Below the pieces are notes generated by a model that saw nothing but the letters and a program-made list of their open reading frames with translations, ran no database searches and was not told the DNA's origin. From NCBI GenBank assembly GCA_050245995.1, contig JBFWWV010000014.1, positions 73,893 through 137,892 on the forward strand: a stretch of DNA of 64,000 nt, read 5' to 3'. The stretch's first letter is position 1. Every line of letters starts with the position of its first letter. The translations under genes were made by a program, and so were the position numbers. This stretch comes from Planctomycetota bacterium. GTDB taxonomy: Bacteria; Planctomycetota; UBA1135; UBA2386. This document shows, piece by piece, positions 1 through 9,312 of the stretch.

Positions 1-1108
1 CGTCCCGGCTCTCCCGCGCGACGCGCGACGCGGCGTCGCTGACCTCGTGCAGCGAGGCGTTGATCTCCTCGATCGTGGCCGCGTTCTGCGAGGCGCCGAT
101 CGCGAGGCGGTTGGCCTCCTTGGAGATCGCCTGCGACGCTTCGTCGACGCCGTCGCCGACGACGTTGACCTCGGCGATGGCGTCGTGCATGCGCTCGGTG
201 AAGATGTCGAACCAGTGCGCGACGGTGCCGATCTCGTCCTTCCGCTCGCCGCCGACGCGTTGGGTGAGGTCGCCGTCGCCCTCGGCGATCTCGCGCATCC
301 GGTCGGCCAGCGCCTGCAGCGGCCGCTGCAGGCTGCGGCGCAGCAGCGCGAAGATGCCGATCGCGGCCAACACGACCAACGGCAGGCTCCACAGCGTCGC
401 CTGGCCGACGAAGCCGGCGATCGCGGCGTCGCGCTGCGACAGCGGCATCACGACTTCGAACGCGCCGTGCAGGTCGCCGGGCTTCCAGTTCTCCATCCGG
501 AAGCCGGTGATGTCGAGCCCGTCGCCCGTGGGGCTGGTCTTGGGGTCGCCGTGGCAGCTCATGCAGCTGCTCTCGAGCTGGATCGCCCGCAGGTAGTGGA
601 GTCGGTTGGTGGCGTGGTCGGTGCGCGCGATCGCGACCTTGCCGCCCCCGTCCACCTGGCGCCCCAGGTCCTGCAGCAGCGCCGTCCGGAACTCGCTGGC
701 GTCGTCGCTGTTGCGCGGGTCGTTGGCCGGGTTGCGCGCGTCGAAGGCGATGACCCGGAAGTCGATGCCCTCCTTCTCCGCGGCCTTCTGCGCCGCCTGC
801 CACCCGGCGACCACCGGGATCGCGCCGTAGAGCCGCGCCTCGCGGTAGCTGCCGCCGCGCGCCAGCACCTGCCTCAGCTCCTCGACGAGCTCGCCCTTCT
901 TGAACACGTCGTCGGCGTGCATGCGGCTCACGTGATCGCGCGTCGCCTCGGCGACCGCGGTGAACGCCGCGGCCTTGTCCGCCAGCGCCTGCTCGGCGTC
1001 GGTCGCGTAGTCGCGCACGACGACGGCCAGGACGACGGCGACGGTGACCGCCAGGATTCCCAACGTGGTCCACACCACGCGCGAGACGATGCTGTTCTTC
1101 CAGGACAT
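1..1108 (-). CDS. Methyl-accepting chemotaxis protein with periplasmic c-type heme (DUF3365-like) sensor and HAMP domain; 3' end runs off the window
   Basis: Own translation (not in ORF track): MSWKNSIVSRVVW-TM1...ARNPAND...RAIQLESSCMSCHG...GDLHGAFEV-TM2-HAMP (RPLQALADRMREIAEGDGDLTQRV...DEIG) then MCP-like helices; GGGAG RBS upstream of the ATG at 1108. Confidence 0.85.
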   Translation of the reverse strand, partial: MSWKNSIVSRVVWTTLGILAVTVAVVLAVVVRDYATDAEQALADKAAAFTAVAEATRDHVSRMHADDVFKKGELVEELRQVLARGGSYREARLYGAIPVVAGWQAAQKAAEKEGIDFRVIAFDARNPANDPRNSDDASEFRTALLQDLGRQVDGGGKVAIARTDHATNRLHYLRAIQLESSCMSCHGDPKTSPTGDGLDITGFRMENWKPGDLHGAFEVVMPLSQRDAAIAGFVGQATLWSLPLVVLAAIGIFALLRRSLQRPLQALADRMREIAEGDGDLTQRVGGERKDEIGTVAHWFDIFTERMHDAIAEVNVVGDGVDEASQAISKEANRLAIGASQNAATIEEINASLHEVSDAASRVARESRD

Positions 1109-1250
1109 AAGATTGCTCCCTGACGACCCCATTCGGGACCGGACCCGGCGGCGGTGCATGAGCACTAACCCTGACGCGGCGCCGACCCGCCGCCTCGCGC
1201 TGAGGGGTTCACCGACGCCCTACGTCGGCGGCCCCACTGCCGAACCGCGG

Positions 1251-1264
1251 CCCCCCCCCCCCCC
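1251..1264. repeat. C14 homopolymer
   Basis: 14 consecutive C read directly, about 140 bp upstream of the MCP start. Confidence 0.9.
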
Positions 1265-1267
1265 TAG

Positions 1268-1431
1268 TAGTGTCCTGAGCCGGAAGTTCCGAAGCTCAAG
1301 GCACGCCTCCGACCGCCGCTCGCAGCGTCGCACCTCCTCGACGTATCCACCGATATGCCTGCGTCGGCGCTCCTTGCGAGCGACGCCCGGCGACGCACCC
1401 TGAGCATCACGATTTCCGACTCAGGACCCCA
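1268..1431. mobile_element. Putative MITE / IS remnant bounded by imperfect terminal inverted repeats
   Basis: Left TAGTGTCCTGAGCCGGAAGT versus reverse complement of right end TGGGGTCCTGAGTCGGAAAT (16/20 match); no transposase inside. Confidence 0.55.
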
Positions 1432-1592
1432 GGAGTCTGCACCACGGGAACGCACGACGCCGAGCACGCGCCCTTCGCCCGGCAGCGCCGCCCGAAAGCC
1501 TCGGTGAATCCACCGATTCGCCTGCGTTCTCGGACGACGCCGCCGAACGAAACTCACGCACCCGGCATTCGCGCCTCCCGTGGCGCAGGCTC

Positions 1593-3002
1593 CTAGCGAC
1601 CGCGGCCGCGCTCGAGCGCGGCGCGCCCGGCCTCGGAGTACTCCGGGCGGCCGTCGCGATCGGCGAGCTGACGCACCACCGCCTCGATGCCGGCGATGAC
1701 GGCGGTCATGTGCGGCAGGTCGAGCTTCTCGACCTCGTCCGACGGCTGGTGGTAGTCGCCGTGCAGCGAGCCGGCGCTGATCGAGTGCGCGACCACGCCC
1801 ATCCGGGCCAACGACCAATTGTCGCTCTGCGCGAACAACTGGCGCGCCTGCGGGAAGTCGACCAGCTCGATTCCCTTCGACTGCAGCGCCGGCCCGGCGA
1901 TCGCGGCGAAGTCCGAGTACTCGGCGCCGGTGATCCAGGCCGCGCGCTCGCTGCCCTCCTCGGGGCGGCCGATCATCTCGATGTTCACGTTGGCGACGAT
2001 CGCCGCCAGCGGCACGGGCGGCTCGGCCACGAACGCCGCCGAACCCCGCAGCCCCTTCTCCTCGGCCGAGAACGCGACCAGCATCACGCTGCGGCGCGGG
2101 CGCGGACCGCGCGCGAGCAGCTCGGACAGCAGGACCAGCGCCGTCGTGCCGGTGGCGTCGTCGTCGGCGCCGTTGTAGATGGCGTCGCCGTCGACCGGCG
2201 CGCCGATGCCGACGTGGTCGTAGTGCGCCGAGACCAGGACGTACTCGTCCGGCAGCTCGGCGCCGCGCAGCACGCCGACGACGTTGGTCAGCTCGACGTC
2301 GACGGCGGCGGCGTCGGCGCCGCGCCAGGACACGCTCCAGGCCGTCGGCGCCGAGGCCTTGACGTCGGTCGGCACCGCCGCGGTGGCGGCCAGCGCCCCT
2401 TCTCGCACCAGGAACACGGGCGCCGAGCCCCGCAGACGGCGCGAGATCGCCTCGCGCTCGCCGGCGCAGTCGAGCCACAACGGGTGCTGCTCGGACACCT
2501 CCACGAGCGTGGCCGTCCGCCCGCCGCCGTAGCCGAGGGCGCGGCCCAGCCGCGAGTCGCCGCTGCGCAGCACGGTCGCGCGCGGGGCGTTGCCATCCGC
2601 CGTGGCGCCGGCCCGCAGCAGGCGCACGTCGGCGTCGCCGCGCAACGTCACCTTCTCCTCGCGCTCGCCTTCGGTCAGCACGACCTCGAGCTCGAGCGAC
2701 CGCGAGTCGAGGCGCTGCCCCGGTGTGGTGTAGCGCTGGCGCCAGGCGCCGGCGGCGCCGGGCGCGAACCCGGCCTGCTGCCAGCGATCCTGCACGTACT
2801 GCGCGGCGGTCTCGAGGCCGGGGCTCGGGCTCTGGCGCCCGCGCAGTTCGTCGGCGGCCAGGAACGACACGACCTCGCGCACGCGCTCGACGGTCAGGAC
2901 CTCGTCCTGCTTCTGCGGCGCGGCGGCGCCCTGCGCTCGCAGCGCCGGCGCCGCGAGGATCGCGGCGACGAGCCACCACTGCGCGGCGGGAGAACGGCTC
3001 AC
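1593..3002 (-). CDS. Secreted M28 family metallopeptidase
   Basis: Signal peptide (…APALRAQ); LAADELRGR, SAHYDHVG, NGADDDATGT, FSAEEKGLRGS, NIEMIG, DYHQPSD; GTG start overlaps the larE stop (GTGA). Confidence 0.88.
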   Translation of the reverse strand: MSRSPAAQWWLVAAILAAPALRAQGAAAPQKQDEVLTVERVREVVSFLAADELRGRQSPSPGLETAAQYVQDRWQQAGFAPGAAGAWRQRYTTPGQRLDSRSLELEVVLTEGEREEKVTLRGDADVRLLRAGATADGNAPRATVLRSGDSRLGRALGYGGGRTATLVEVSEQHPLWLDCAGEREAISRRLRGSAPVFLVREGALAATAAVPTDVKASAPTAWSVSWRGADAAAVDVELTNVVGVLRGAELPDEYVLVSAHYDHVGIGAPVDGDAIYNGADDDATGTTALVLLSELLARGPRPRRSVMLVAFSAEEKGLRGSAAFVAEPPVPLAAIVANVNIEMIGRPEEGSERAAWITGAEYSDFAAIAGPALQSKGIELVDFPQARQLFAQSDNWSLARMGVVAHSISAGSLHGDYHQPSDEVEKLDLPHMTAVIAGIEAVVRQLADRDGRPEYSEAGRAALERGRGR

Positions 3003-3892
3003 GACCGCACCTCCCCGGTCGCGGCGGCGCCCGGCGCGTTGACCGACCCGGTGCGGTAGCCCAGCAGATCGACGGCCACGAACCGGTAGCCCGCGGCCTG
3101 CACGCCGGCGGCGAGCGCCTCGCGCAGCTCCAGCGCGCGCGGCAGCTCCGCTGCGTCCAGCTCGAGCCGTGCGATGTCGCCGTGGTGGCGCACGCGGAAG
3201 CGCCCGAACCCGTGCGCGCGCAGCACCTCCTCGGCCCGCTCGATCCGCTGCAGCAGCGCGCGATCGATGGCGGTGCCCTGCGGCACGCGCGACGACAGGC
3301 AGGCGAAGCTCTGCTTGTCGGCGGTGGCCAGGCCGGCCTCTCGGCTGTAGCGCCGCACGTCGACCTTGCCGAAGCCGGCGTCGAGCAGCGGCGCCAGCAC
3401 GCCGTGCTCGCGCGCTGCCTGCTGTCCGGGCCGGTGCTCGCCGAGGTCGTCGACGATCGCGCCGTAGGCGACGGCCCAGTCGGCCGGCGCCACCTCGGCG
3501 CGGCGCCGCGCGACGGTCACGAACAGCTCCTTCTTGCAGTGGTAGCAGCGGTCGCCGGCGTTGCGCCGGTACTCGTCGCGCTCCAGCTCCGCGGTCGGCA
3601 GCACCACGTGCCGCACGCCCAGGTCGCGCGCCAGCGCCCGCGCCTCGGCGAGCTCGGCCCGCGGCAACGACGGCGAGTCCGCGGTGACGGCGACCGCCCG
3701 GTCGCCCAGCGACCCGACACAGGCGTGCAGCAACATGGTGCTGTCGACGCCGCCGGAGAACGCGACCACGGCGCCGGGCAGCGCCCGCAGCCGCTGGTCG
3801 AGCGCGCGGACCTTGTCGGCGTAGGGCGCCGCGGCCAGGACGGGGGCCGCGGGCGGCGCGGCCGGACTCGGGGTCGACGTCGGGAGAACCAC
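2999..3892 (-). CDS. larE: ATP-dependent sulfur transferase LarE (PP-loop)
   Basis: AFSGGVDS PP-loop, RCYHCK, RPG, ACLSSRVP, RVRHHGDIARLE, GYRTGSVN. Confidence 0.9.
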   Translation of the reverse strand: MVLPTSTPSPAAPPAAPVLAAAPYADKVRALDQRLRALPGAVVAFSGGVDSTMLLHACVGSLGDRAVAVTADSPSLPRAELAEARALARDLGVRHVVLPTAELERDEYRRNAGDRCYHCKKELFVTVARRRAEVAPADWAVAYGAIVDDLGEHRPGQQAAREHGVLAPLLDAGFGKVDVRRYSREAGLATADKQSFACLSSRVPQGTAIDRALLQRIERAEEVLRAHGFGRFRVRHHGDIARLELDAAELPRALELREALAAGVQAAGYRFVAVDLLGYRTGSVNAPGAAATGEVRS

Positions 3893-3901
3893 GGCGACGT
3901 T

Positions 3902-5815
3902 CTACCCGCCACCGCCGGCCGCCGCCTCGCGTCGCTGCAGGAATGCGCGAGCGCCGTCGCCGGCCGCGGCCAGGATCTCGGCCCGGCGGTGCTGCCACAG
4001 GGAATCGAGGCCGAGCACGCGCAGCGCCGGCTGCGCCAGCTGCGCGAACGCGCTGTCCTTCGGCTCGACGCGGAACAGCTCGGCAAACGGGGCCGCCAGC
4101 TCGAGGTGGACGCGCGACCCGATCGCGGCGTCGGCGCACAGCCCGGCGGCGAGGCACAGCCGCGCCTGCACGCTGCGGCGCTCCTCGAGCGCCACGGCCA
4201 GCAGCCACTCGAGGATCGCGCGGTGGCCGTAGACCCGGTCCTTCGGCAGCGCTCCCTGCGAGGCGGTGACCAGCGCCGCGAGCTGCGCGAGGCCGGCGGC
4301 GTAGTGGTCCCAGAAGACCTCGCTGCCGAACGTCGGCCGCACGGGCTCGCCGCCCAGGGCGGGCCCGAGGTCCGCGAGCAGCTGCAGCAGGACGGGGCCG
4401 AGCTTGCCCTCCTCGCCGGTTGCCGACACGGTGGCGACGCGCCTGCCGGCGGCGGCGTCGAACACCCACAGGTCGACCTTGCGGTCGCGGCCCGAGGCCT
4501 CGACCTGGCCGGTGACGACCAGCGTGTCGCCGCGCTCGCGGTCGGTCAGCAGCTCGACGATGCGCTCCTCGGGCCACGGCGTGCCCGACACGACCCAGCC
4601 GCCGGCCTCGGCCATCGGCAGCGCCGCGGCCACCGCGAGGCCTCCCGACAGCTGCAGGTGGTCCTGCAGGAACAACGGCAGGCTGCGCGACAGCCGCCCC
4701 AGCTCGTCCTCGCGCATCAGCTGCGCGGTGACCGTCTGCTGACGGACCGCCAGCGCGGCGACCATCACCGGCCGCACGCCGTCGCGCTTTCGCGGCAGCG
4801 CGAACTCGGGCCGACCCAGCGGCGCGAACCAGACCGGGCGATCGAGCCGGTACAGCGTGATCCGCGGCGTGCCGACCGGCTGCGGCGGCGCCGCCGGCAC
4901 GCGCATGCGCGTGAACGCGGCGTCGAACGGCGCCAGCTGCTGGTCGAGCGCGCGCTGGAACCGCACCCGCAGGCGGTGCAGCAGCTCCATGCCCTCGTCG
5001 GGCTGCTGCTTGCCGGCGTGGTACTGCAGGATCGCCAGCCCCACCGCGGGGTGGTGCTGCTCGAGCTGGTAGCGCGGCAGCACCAGCTCCTCGATCAACT
5101 CGTGCTGGCGCGCGCGCGCCAGGTCCTGCGCGACGGTGACCAGCACGTCGGGCTGCTGCGCGGCGCGGGCGAGCACGTCGCGATGGTCGTTCGCCGCGCC
5201 GTCGAAGTCCCCGCGCTCGAGCCGCCAGCGCGCGCGCCACAGCTGCGGGCGCCAGCTGCCGGGCAACGCGCACACCTCCTCCAGCGCCGCCGGGTACCCG
5301 TCCTCGCCGCGGCCCTGGTGCTGCCACTGCAGCCACGAGTGCAGCGCGTCGGCGTGGTTGCCGTCCTGCTGCAACGCCTCCCAGACGAGCGCCACCGCGC
5401 CGTCGCGGTCGCCGCGCGCATCGCGCACCATGGCCAGGCCGACGCGGGCCTGGCTCGACTGCGGCCGGCGCTGCTGCAGCTCCTTCAGCGTCGACTCGGC
5501 GCCGTCGAGGTCGCCGGTCGCGCGCTGCACCGCCGCCAGCACCGCGAGACCGCGCTCGGGCTCCTGGTCGACGGCAGCGAGCCGCAGCGCCGCGGGCAGC
5601 AGGTCCTCGCCGAGCCCCTCGCGCAGGTGCTGCACGATCATCGCCGCGAGCTTGTCGGGCGCGTGCGCGTAGGCGTCGACCATCTTCGGCAGCACCTCCT
5701 TGCGCCACTGCGCGCGCGGCAGCTGCGTGGGGCGCCCGAAGGCGTCCATCATCGTCACCGTGGTGGCGGCGCCGGGGCGCTGCGGATCCGGGGTCGGCTC
5801 GGGTCGGTCGGTCAT
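3902..5815 (-). CDS. Tetratricopeptide-repeat protein
   Basis: C-terminal part of ORF 3902..7081 from MTDRPEP; TPR-like helical repeats (GDLDGAESTLKE, GDRDGAVALVWEAL, GDFDGA). Confidence 0.7.
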   Translation of the reverse strand: MTDRPEPTPDPQRPGAATTVTMMDAFGRPTQLPRAQWRKEVLPKMVDAYAHAPDKLAAMIVQHLREGLGEDLLPAALRLAAVDQEPERGLAVLAAVQRATGDLDGAESTLKELQQRRPQSSQARVGLAMVRDARGDRDGAVALVWEALQQDGNHADALHSWLQWQHQGRGEDGYPAALEEVCALPGSWRPQLWRARWRLERGDFDGAANDHRDVLARAAQQPDVLVTVAQDLARARQHELIEELVLPRYQLEQHHPAVGLAILQYHAGKQQPDEGMELLHRLRVRFQRALDQQLAPFDAAFTRMRVPAAPPQPVGTPRITLYRLDRPVWFAPLGRPEFALPRKRDGVRPVMVAALAVRQQTVTAQLMREDELGRLSRSLPLFLQDHLQLSGGLAVAAALPMAEAGGWVVSGTPWPEERIVELLTDRERGDTLVVTGQVEASGRDRKVDLWVFDAAAGRRVATVSATGEEGKLGPVLLQLLADLGPALGGEPVRPTFGSEVFWDHYAAGLAQLAALVTASQGALPKDRVYGHRAILEWLLAVALEERRSVQARLCLAAGLCADAAIGSRVHLELAAPFAELFRVEPKDSAFAQLAQPALRVLGLDSLWQHRRAEILAAAGDGARAFLQRREAAAGGGG

Positions 5816-5872
5816 CGCGGTCCTGGTGGCGCCGGTTGCCGGCGCCGGGCGGACCACGGTAGCGTGCCGCCG

Positions 5873-7156
5873 ATGCTGCGACCACTCGACGTGACGGCGA
5901 TCCGGCGCCGGTTCCCGGGCCTGCTGCGCCAGCTCGGCGAAGGCCCTGCCGCGCGGCGCGCGCTGTTCCTGGACGGCCCCGCCGGCAGCCAGGTGCCGCG
6001 CAGCGTCACCGACGCGATGGCGAACTACCTGCTGTACCACAACGCCAACCACGGCGGCCCGTTCGCGACGTCGCGCGAGACCGACGCCATGGTGGCCGGC
6101 GCGCGCGCGGCGTTCGCCGACCTGTTCGGCGCCGTCGACCCCGAGGAGGTCGTGTTCGGGCCGAACATGACGACGCTGACCTTCCAGCTGTCGCGCGCGC
6201 TGGCGCGCACCTGGCGCCCCGGCGACGAGGTCGTCGTCACCGACAGCGACCACGACGCCAACGTCACGCCGTGGGTGCTGGCGGCGCGCGACGCCGGCGC
6301 CGTGGTCCGCCGCGCACCGGTGACCCGGGACGGCTCGCTCGATCCCGCCGCGTTCGCCGCGCAGCTGTCCGACCGCACGCGCCTGTGCGCGATCGGCGCG
6401 GCGTCGAACCTGACCGGCACCGTGCACGACGTGCGCGCGCTGACCACCGCGGCGAAGGCGCGCGGCGCGCTGGTGTTCGTCGACGCGGTGCACTTCGCGG
6501 CGCACCGGCGCATGGACGTCGCGGCGTGGGGTTGCGACTTCGCCGCGTGCTCGGCCTACAAGTTCTTCGGCCCGCACCTCGGCGCCCTGTGGGGCCGCCG
6601 CGCGCTGCTGGAGGAGCTCGAGACCTACAAGGTGCGGCCCGCCGCCGACACCGGCGCCGAGAAGTGGCAGCAGGGCACCGCGAACTTCGAGGCGATCGCC
6701 GGCGCGCACGCCGCCGTCGAGTATCTGACCGAGCTGGGCCGCGAGGTCGGCGGCACCGGCGACCGCCGCGCGCTGCTCGACGCGGCCTTCGCCGCGATCG
6801 CCGCGCACGAGCGCACGCTGTGCGTGCGCCTGCTCGACGGACTGCAGCGCCTCGACGCCGTGCGCGTGATCGGGCTCTGCGAGCCCGCCGACCTCGACCG
6901 CCGCTGCGCCACGGTGTCGATCGTGCCGCGCGACGCGACCGTGACGCCCGACCGACTGTGCGCGGCGCTGGCGGAGCGCGGCGTCTTCACTTGGGCCGGT
7001 CACAGTTACGCGCTGGCGCTGGTCGCGTCGTTGGGACTGTTGCCGCACGGTGTTCTGCGCACAGGCCTGCTGCACTACCACACCGACGACGAGGTGAATC
7101 GCCTGCTTGCCGAACTCTCGCCGCTGCTCGCTTGCGGCACGGGCAGGAATCCCTAA
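5873..7156 (+). CDS. Cysteine desulfurase-like class V PLP aminotransferase
   Basis: FLDGPAGSQVP, FGPNMTTL, DHDANVTPW, ASNLTGT, VDAVH, CSAYKFFGPHLG (PLP lysine). Confidence 0.88.
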   Translation: MLRPLDVTAIRRRFPGLLRQLGEGPAARRALFLDGPAGSQVPRSVTDAMANYLLYHNANHGGPFATSRETDAMVAGARAAFADLFGAVDPEEVVFGPNMTTLTFQLSRALARTWRPGDEVVVTDSDHDANVTPWVLAARDAGAVVRRAPVTRDGSLDPAAFAAQLSDRTRLCAIGAASNLTGTVHDVRALTTAAKARGALVFVDAVHFAAHRRMDVAAWGCDFAACSAYKFFGPHLGALWGRRALLEELETYKVRPAADTGAEKWQQGTANFEAIAGAHAAVEYLTELGREVGGTGDRRALLDAAFAAIAAHERTLCVRLLDGLQRLDAVRVIGLCEPADLDRRCATVSIVPRDATVTPDRLCAALAERGVFTWAGHSYALALVASLGLLPHGVLRTGLLHYHTDDEVNRLLAELSPLLACGTGRNP

Positions 7157-7212
7157 CCTACTCCGGCTCGAAACGGCGGCTCGCGCGTAGTGCGGGCCCC
7201 CTCAGGAGACAA

Positions 7213-7853
7213 ATGACGATGCGTATCCCCCATTCGCTGTGCGCCGTGGCCCTCGCCGCGGTCGCGTTCCTCGCCCCCGCCCGCGCCCAGATCCAGACGT
7301 TCGGCGGCCCCGACGAGGACCGCATGGCCTCGACCCTGATCTTCGCCGACACCAGCGGCGGCACGTTCTCGCCCAAGGGCGCACTGTCGATCAGCTACAG
7401 CCAGCCCGACTGGCAGGACAAGTACACCAAGGTCCTCGAGTCCGGCAAGTTCAACGGCACCAACCAGCGCCTCGGCAAGAACTGGTGGACCAGCTTCGAC
7501 ACGATGACCGCGCTGGAGATCGGCGGCACCAAGATCGCGGCCGGCACCTACTACCTCGGCATCCACGTCGACAAGGAGGGCAAGCTCCACCTGATGGTGA
7601 TCGACACCAAGACGGCGATCACCAAGGGCTGGACCCCGTTCATGCCCGACAGTGGAAGACCGAGACGATGTGCCCGCTGACCCTGCACAAGGACACGCTC
7701 GACGAGACCCACAAGAAGATGGAGATCGCGATCACGGCCGACGAGGGCGACGCCACCAAGGGCAAGTTCTCGATCCGCTGGGGCAAGCACGAGCTGACGG
7801 CGCCGGTGACGTTCCACCTCGGCGGCCCGCAGAACGCCAGCAGCGACAAGTGA
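7213..7853 (+). pseudogene. DUF2911-like exported protein with a frameshift near 7650
   Basis: AGGAG RBS, signal peptide, ISYSQP, RLGKNWWT, IAAGTYYL; coding continues in another frame (QWKTET...IRWGKHELTAPV*); one extra C (GAC CAG) would join them. Confidence 0.7.
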
Positions 7854-7889
7854 GCGCGCGGCCGCCCACGGCGGCCCTTCCGCACCGAC

Positions 7890-7921
7890 CGACGGGCGCC
7901 GCTGGCGCCCGTCGTCGTTTC
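7890..7921 (+). terminator. Probable intrinsic terminator
   Basis: CGACGGGCGCC-gct-GGCGCCCGTCG perfect stem followed by TCGTTT. Confidence 0.55.
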
Positions 7922-7949
7922 CACGCCGCGCACGCGTAAGCTGCGCCGC

Positions 7950-8693
7950 ATGTTCCGGCGCCTGCTCGAAGCGTTCGCGACCCCGCCCGGCGGCTGCCTC
8001 GTGCTGCTGCTGGCCGGCCTGCTGCTGCGCCGGCGGTGGCCGCGGCTGGGGCTCGGGCTGCAGCTCGCCGGGCTGATCTCGCTGTGGCTGTTCAGCACGC
8101 CGGTGTTCGCAGGCCTGCTGCTCGGCAGCCTGCAGACCGCGCCGCCGCTGCCGGCCACGGGTCCCCTGCCCGACGCGCAGGCCATCGTCGTACTCAGCGC
8201 CGAGGCCGACGGCGACGGCTTCGAGTACGGCGGCGGGACGGTCGGCTCGCTGACCCTGCGGCGCATGCGCTACGCCGCGGTCCTGCACCACCGCACCGGC
8301 CTGCCGGTGTTGACCAGCGGCGGCCGCCCGGGCACCGGCCTGCCGCCGATGGCGGAGCTGATGGCGCGGACGCTGGAGGCCGAGTTCCGGGTGCCGGTGC
8401 GCTGGCAGGAGGGCCGCTCGGCCGACACCTGGGAGAACGCCAAGTACAGCGCCGAGCTGCTGGCCGCCGACGGCATCCGGCGCGTGCTGCTGGTCACCCA
8501 CGCCTGGCACCTGCCGCGCGCGATCCGCAGCTTCGAGCACCACGGCCTCACGGTCGTGCCGGCGCCGACCGCGTTCCGCGGGCCCTGCTGGGTCGACGCG
8601 CTGAGCCTGGTGCCGAGCGCCTCGGCGGTGCGCGACAGCGCCCTGGCGCTGCACGAGTGGCTCGGCCGGCTGGCGTACTGGTTCCGCGGCTGA
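7950..8693 (+). CDS. YdcF/ElyC (DUF218) family membrane protein
   Basis: N-terminal TM segments, AIVVLS, LTSGG, EGRSADTWENA, LLVTHAWHLPRA, ALHEWLG. Confidence 0.88.
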   Translation: MFRRLLEAFATPPGGCLVLLLAGLLLRRRWPRLGLGLQLAGLISLWLFSTPVFAGLLLGSLQTAPPLPATGPLPDAQAIVVLSAEADGDGFEYGGGTVGSLTLRRMRYAAVLHHRTGLPVLTSGGRPGTGLPPMAELMARTLEAEFRVPVRWQEGRSADTWENAKYSAELLAADGIRRVLLVTHAWHLPRAIRSFEHHGLTVVPAPTAFRGPCWVDALSLVPSASAVRDSALALHEWLGRLAYWFRG

Positions 8694-8757
8694 GCCGCGT
8701 CGCCGATCGCCGCCCTGCGCGGGAAACCGCGCCCGGGGCTTGCATCGCGACCCGCAC

Positions 8758-8792
8758 TGCATAAATATGCGCGCTTCTCGCATACTTATGCA
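8758..8792 (+). promoter_or_regulatory. Tandem ARG boxes (ArgR operator)
   Basis: TGCATAAATATGCG-N7-CGCATACTTATGCA directly upstream of argR; canonical tandem spacing. Confidence 0.88.
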
Positions 8793-8799
8793 GTCCCGA

Positions 8800-9312
8800 A
8801 TGCAGACCAGGAACGCCACCCCGGACCGCGACCGCCGCCGCCAGCGCATCCTCGAGCTGGTCGGGCGCCACGCGATCCGCAGCCAGGCCGAGCTGCAGGA
8901 GCGGCTCGACGCCGCCGGCGTCCGCGTCAACCAGGCGACGTTGTCGCGCGACCTGCGCATGCTCGGCGTCAGCAAGGGCAAGGACGGCTACGAGCTGCCG
9001 GGGGCGCCGTCGCTGACGCCCGCGGTCGCCGGCGCCAGCCTGTGGCACGCCGTGCACGCCTGGCTGCTGACGGCCGTGCCGGCGCAGAACCAGGTGGTGC
9101 TGCGCACGCCGCCCGGCGGCGCGCCGCCGCTGGCGCTGGCGCTCGATCGCACCGCGCAGGAGCAGGACGGCGCCGACGCGCGCGACCGGATGCTGCCGGG
9201 CCTGGTCGGCACGCTGGCCGGCGACGACACCGTGCTGGCGATCTGCACCGACGCGGCGCGGGCGCGCGCGCTGGCGCGCCGGCTGCAGGCGCTGAAGGAC
9301 GGGCCGGGCTGA
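8800..9312 (+). CDS. argR: Arginine repressor (alternative start 8788)
   Basis: SQAEL, VNQATLSRDL, VLRTPPG, GTLAGDDT. Confidence 0.93.
   Translation: MQTRNATPDRDRRRQRILELVGRHAIRSQAELQERLDAAGVRVNQATLSRDLRMLGVSKGKDGYELPGAPSLTPAVAGASLWHAVHAWLLTAVPAQNQVVLRTPPGGAPPLALALDRTAQEQDGADARDRMLPGLVGTLAGDDTVLAICTDAARARALARRLQALKDGPG

Noticed and set aside
1264-7156. Very long ORFs (1430, 1477, 1059 aa) suggesting giant fusions
   Set aside because: High-GC shadow frames rich in Arg/Ala/Gly; only their C-terminal parts are real genes with internal starts
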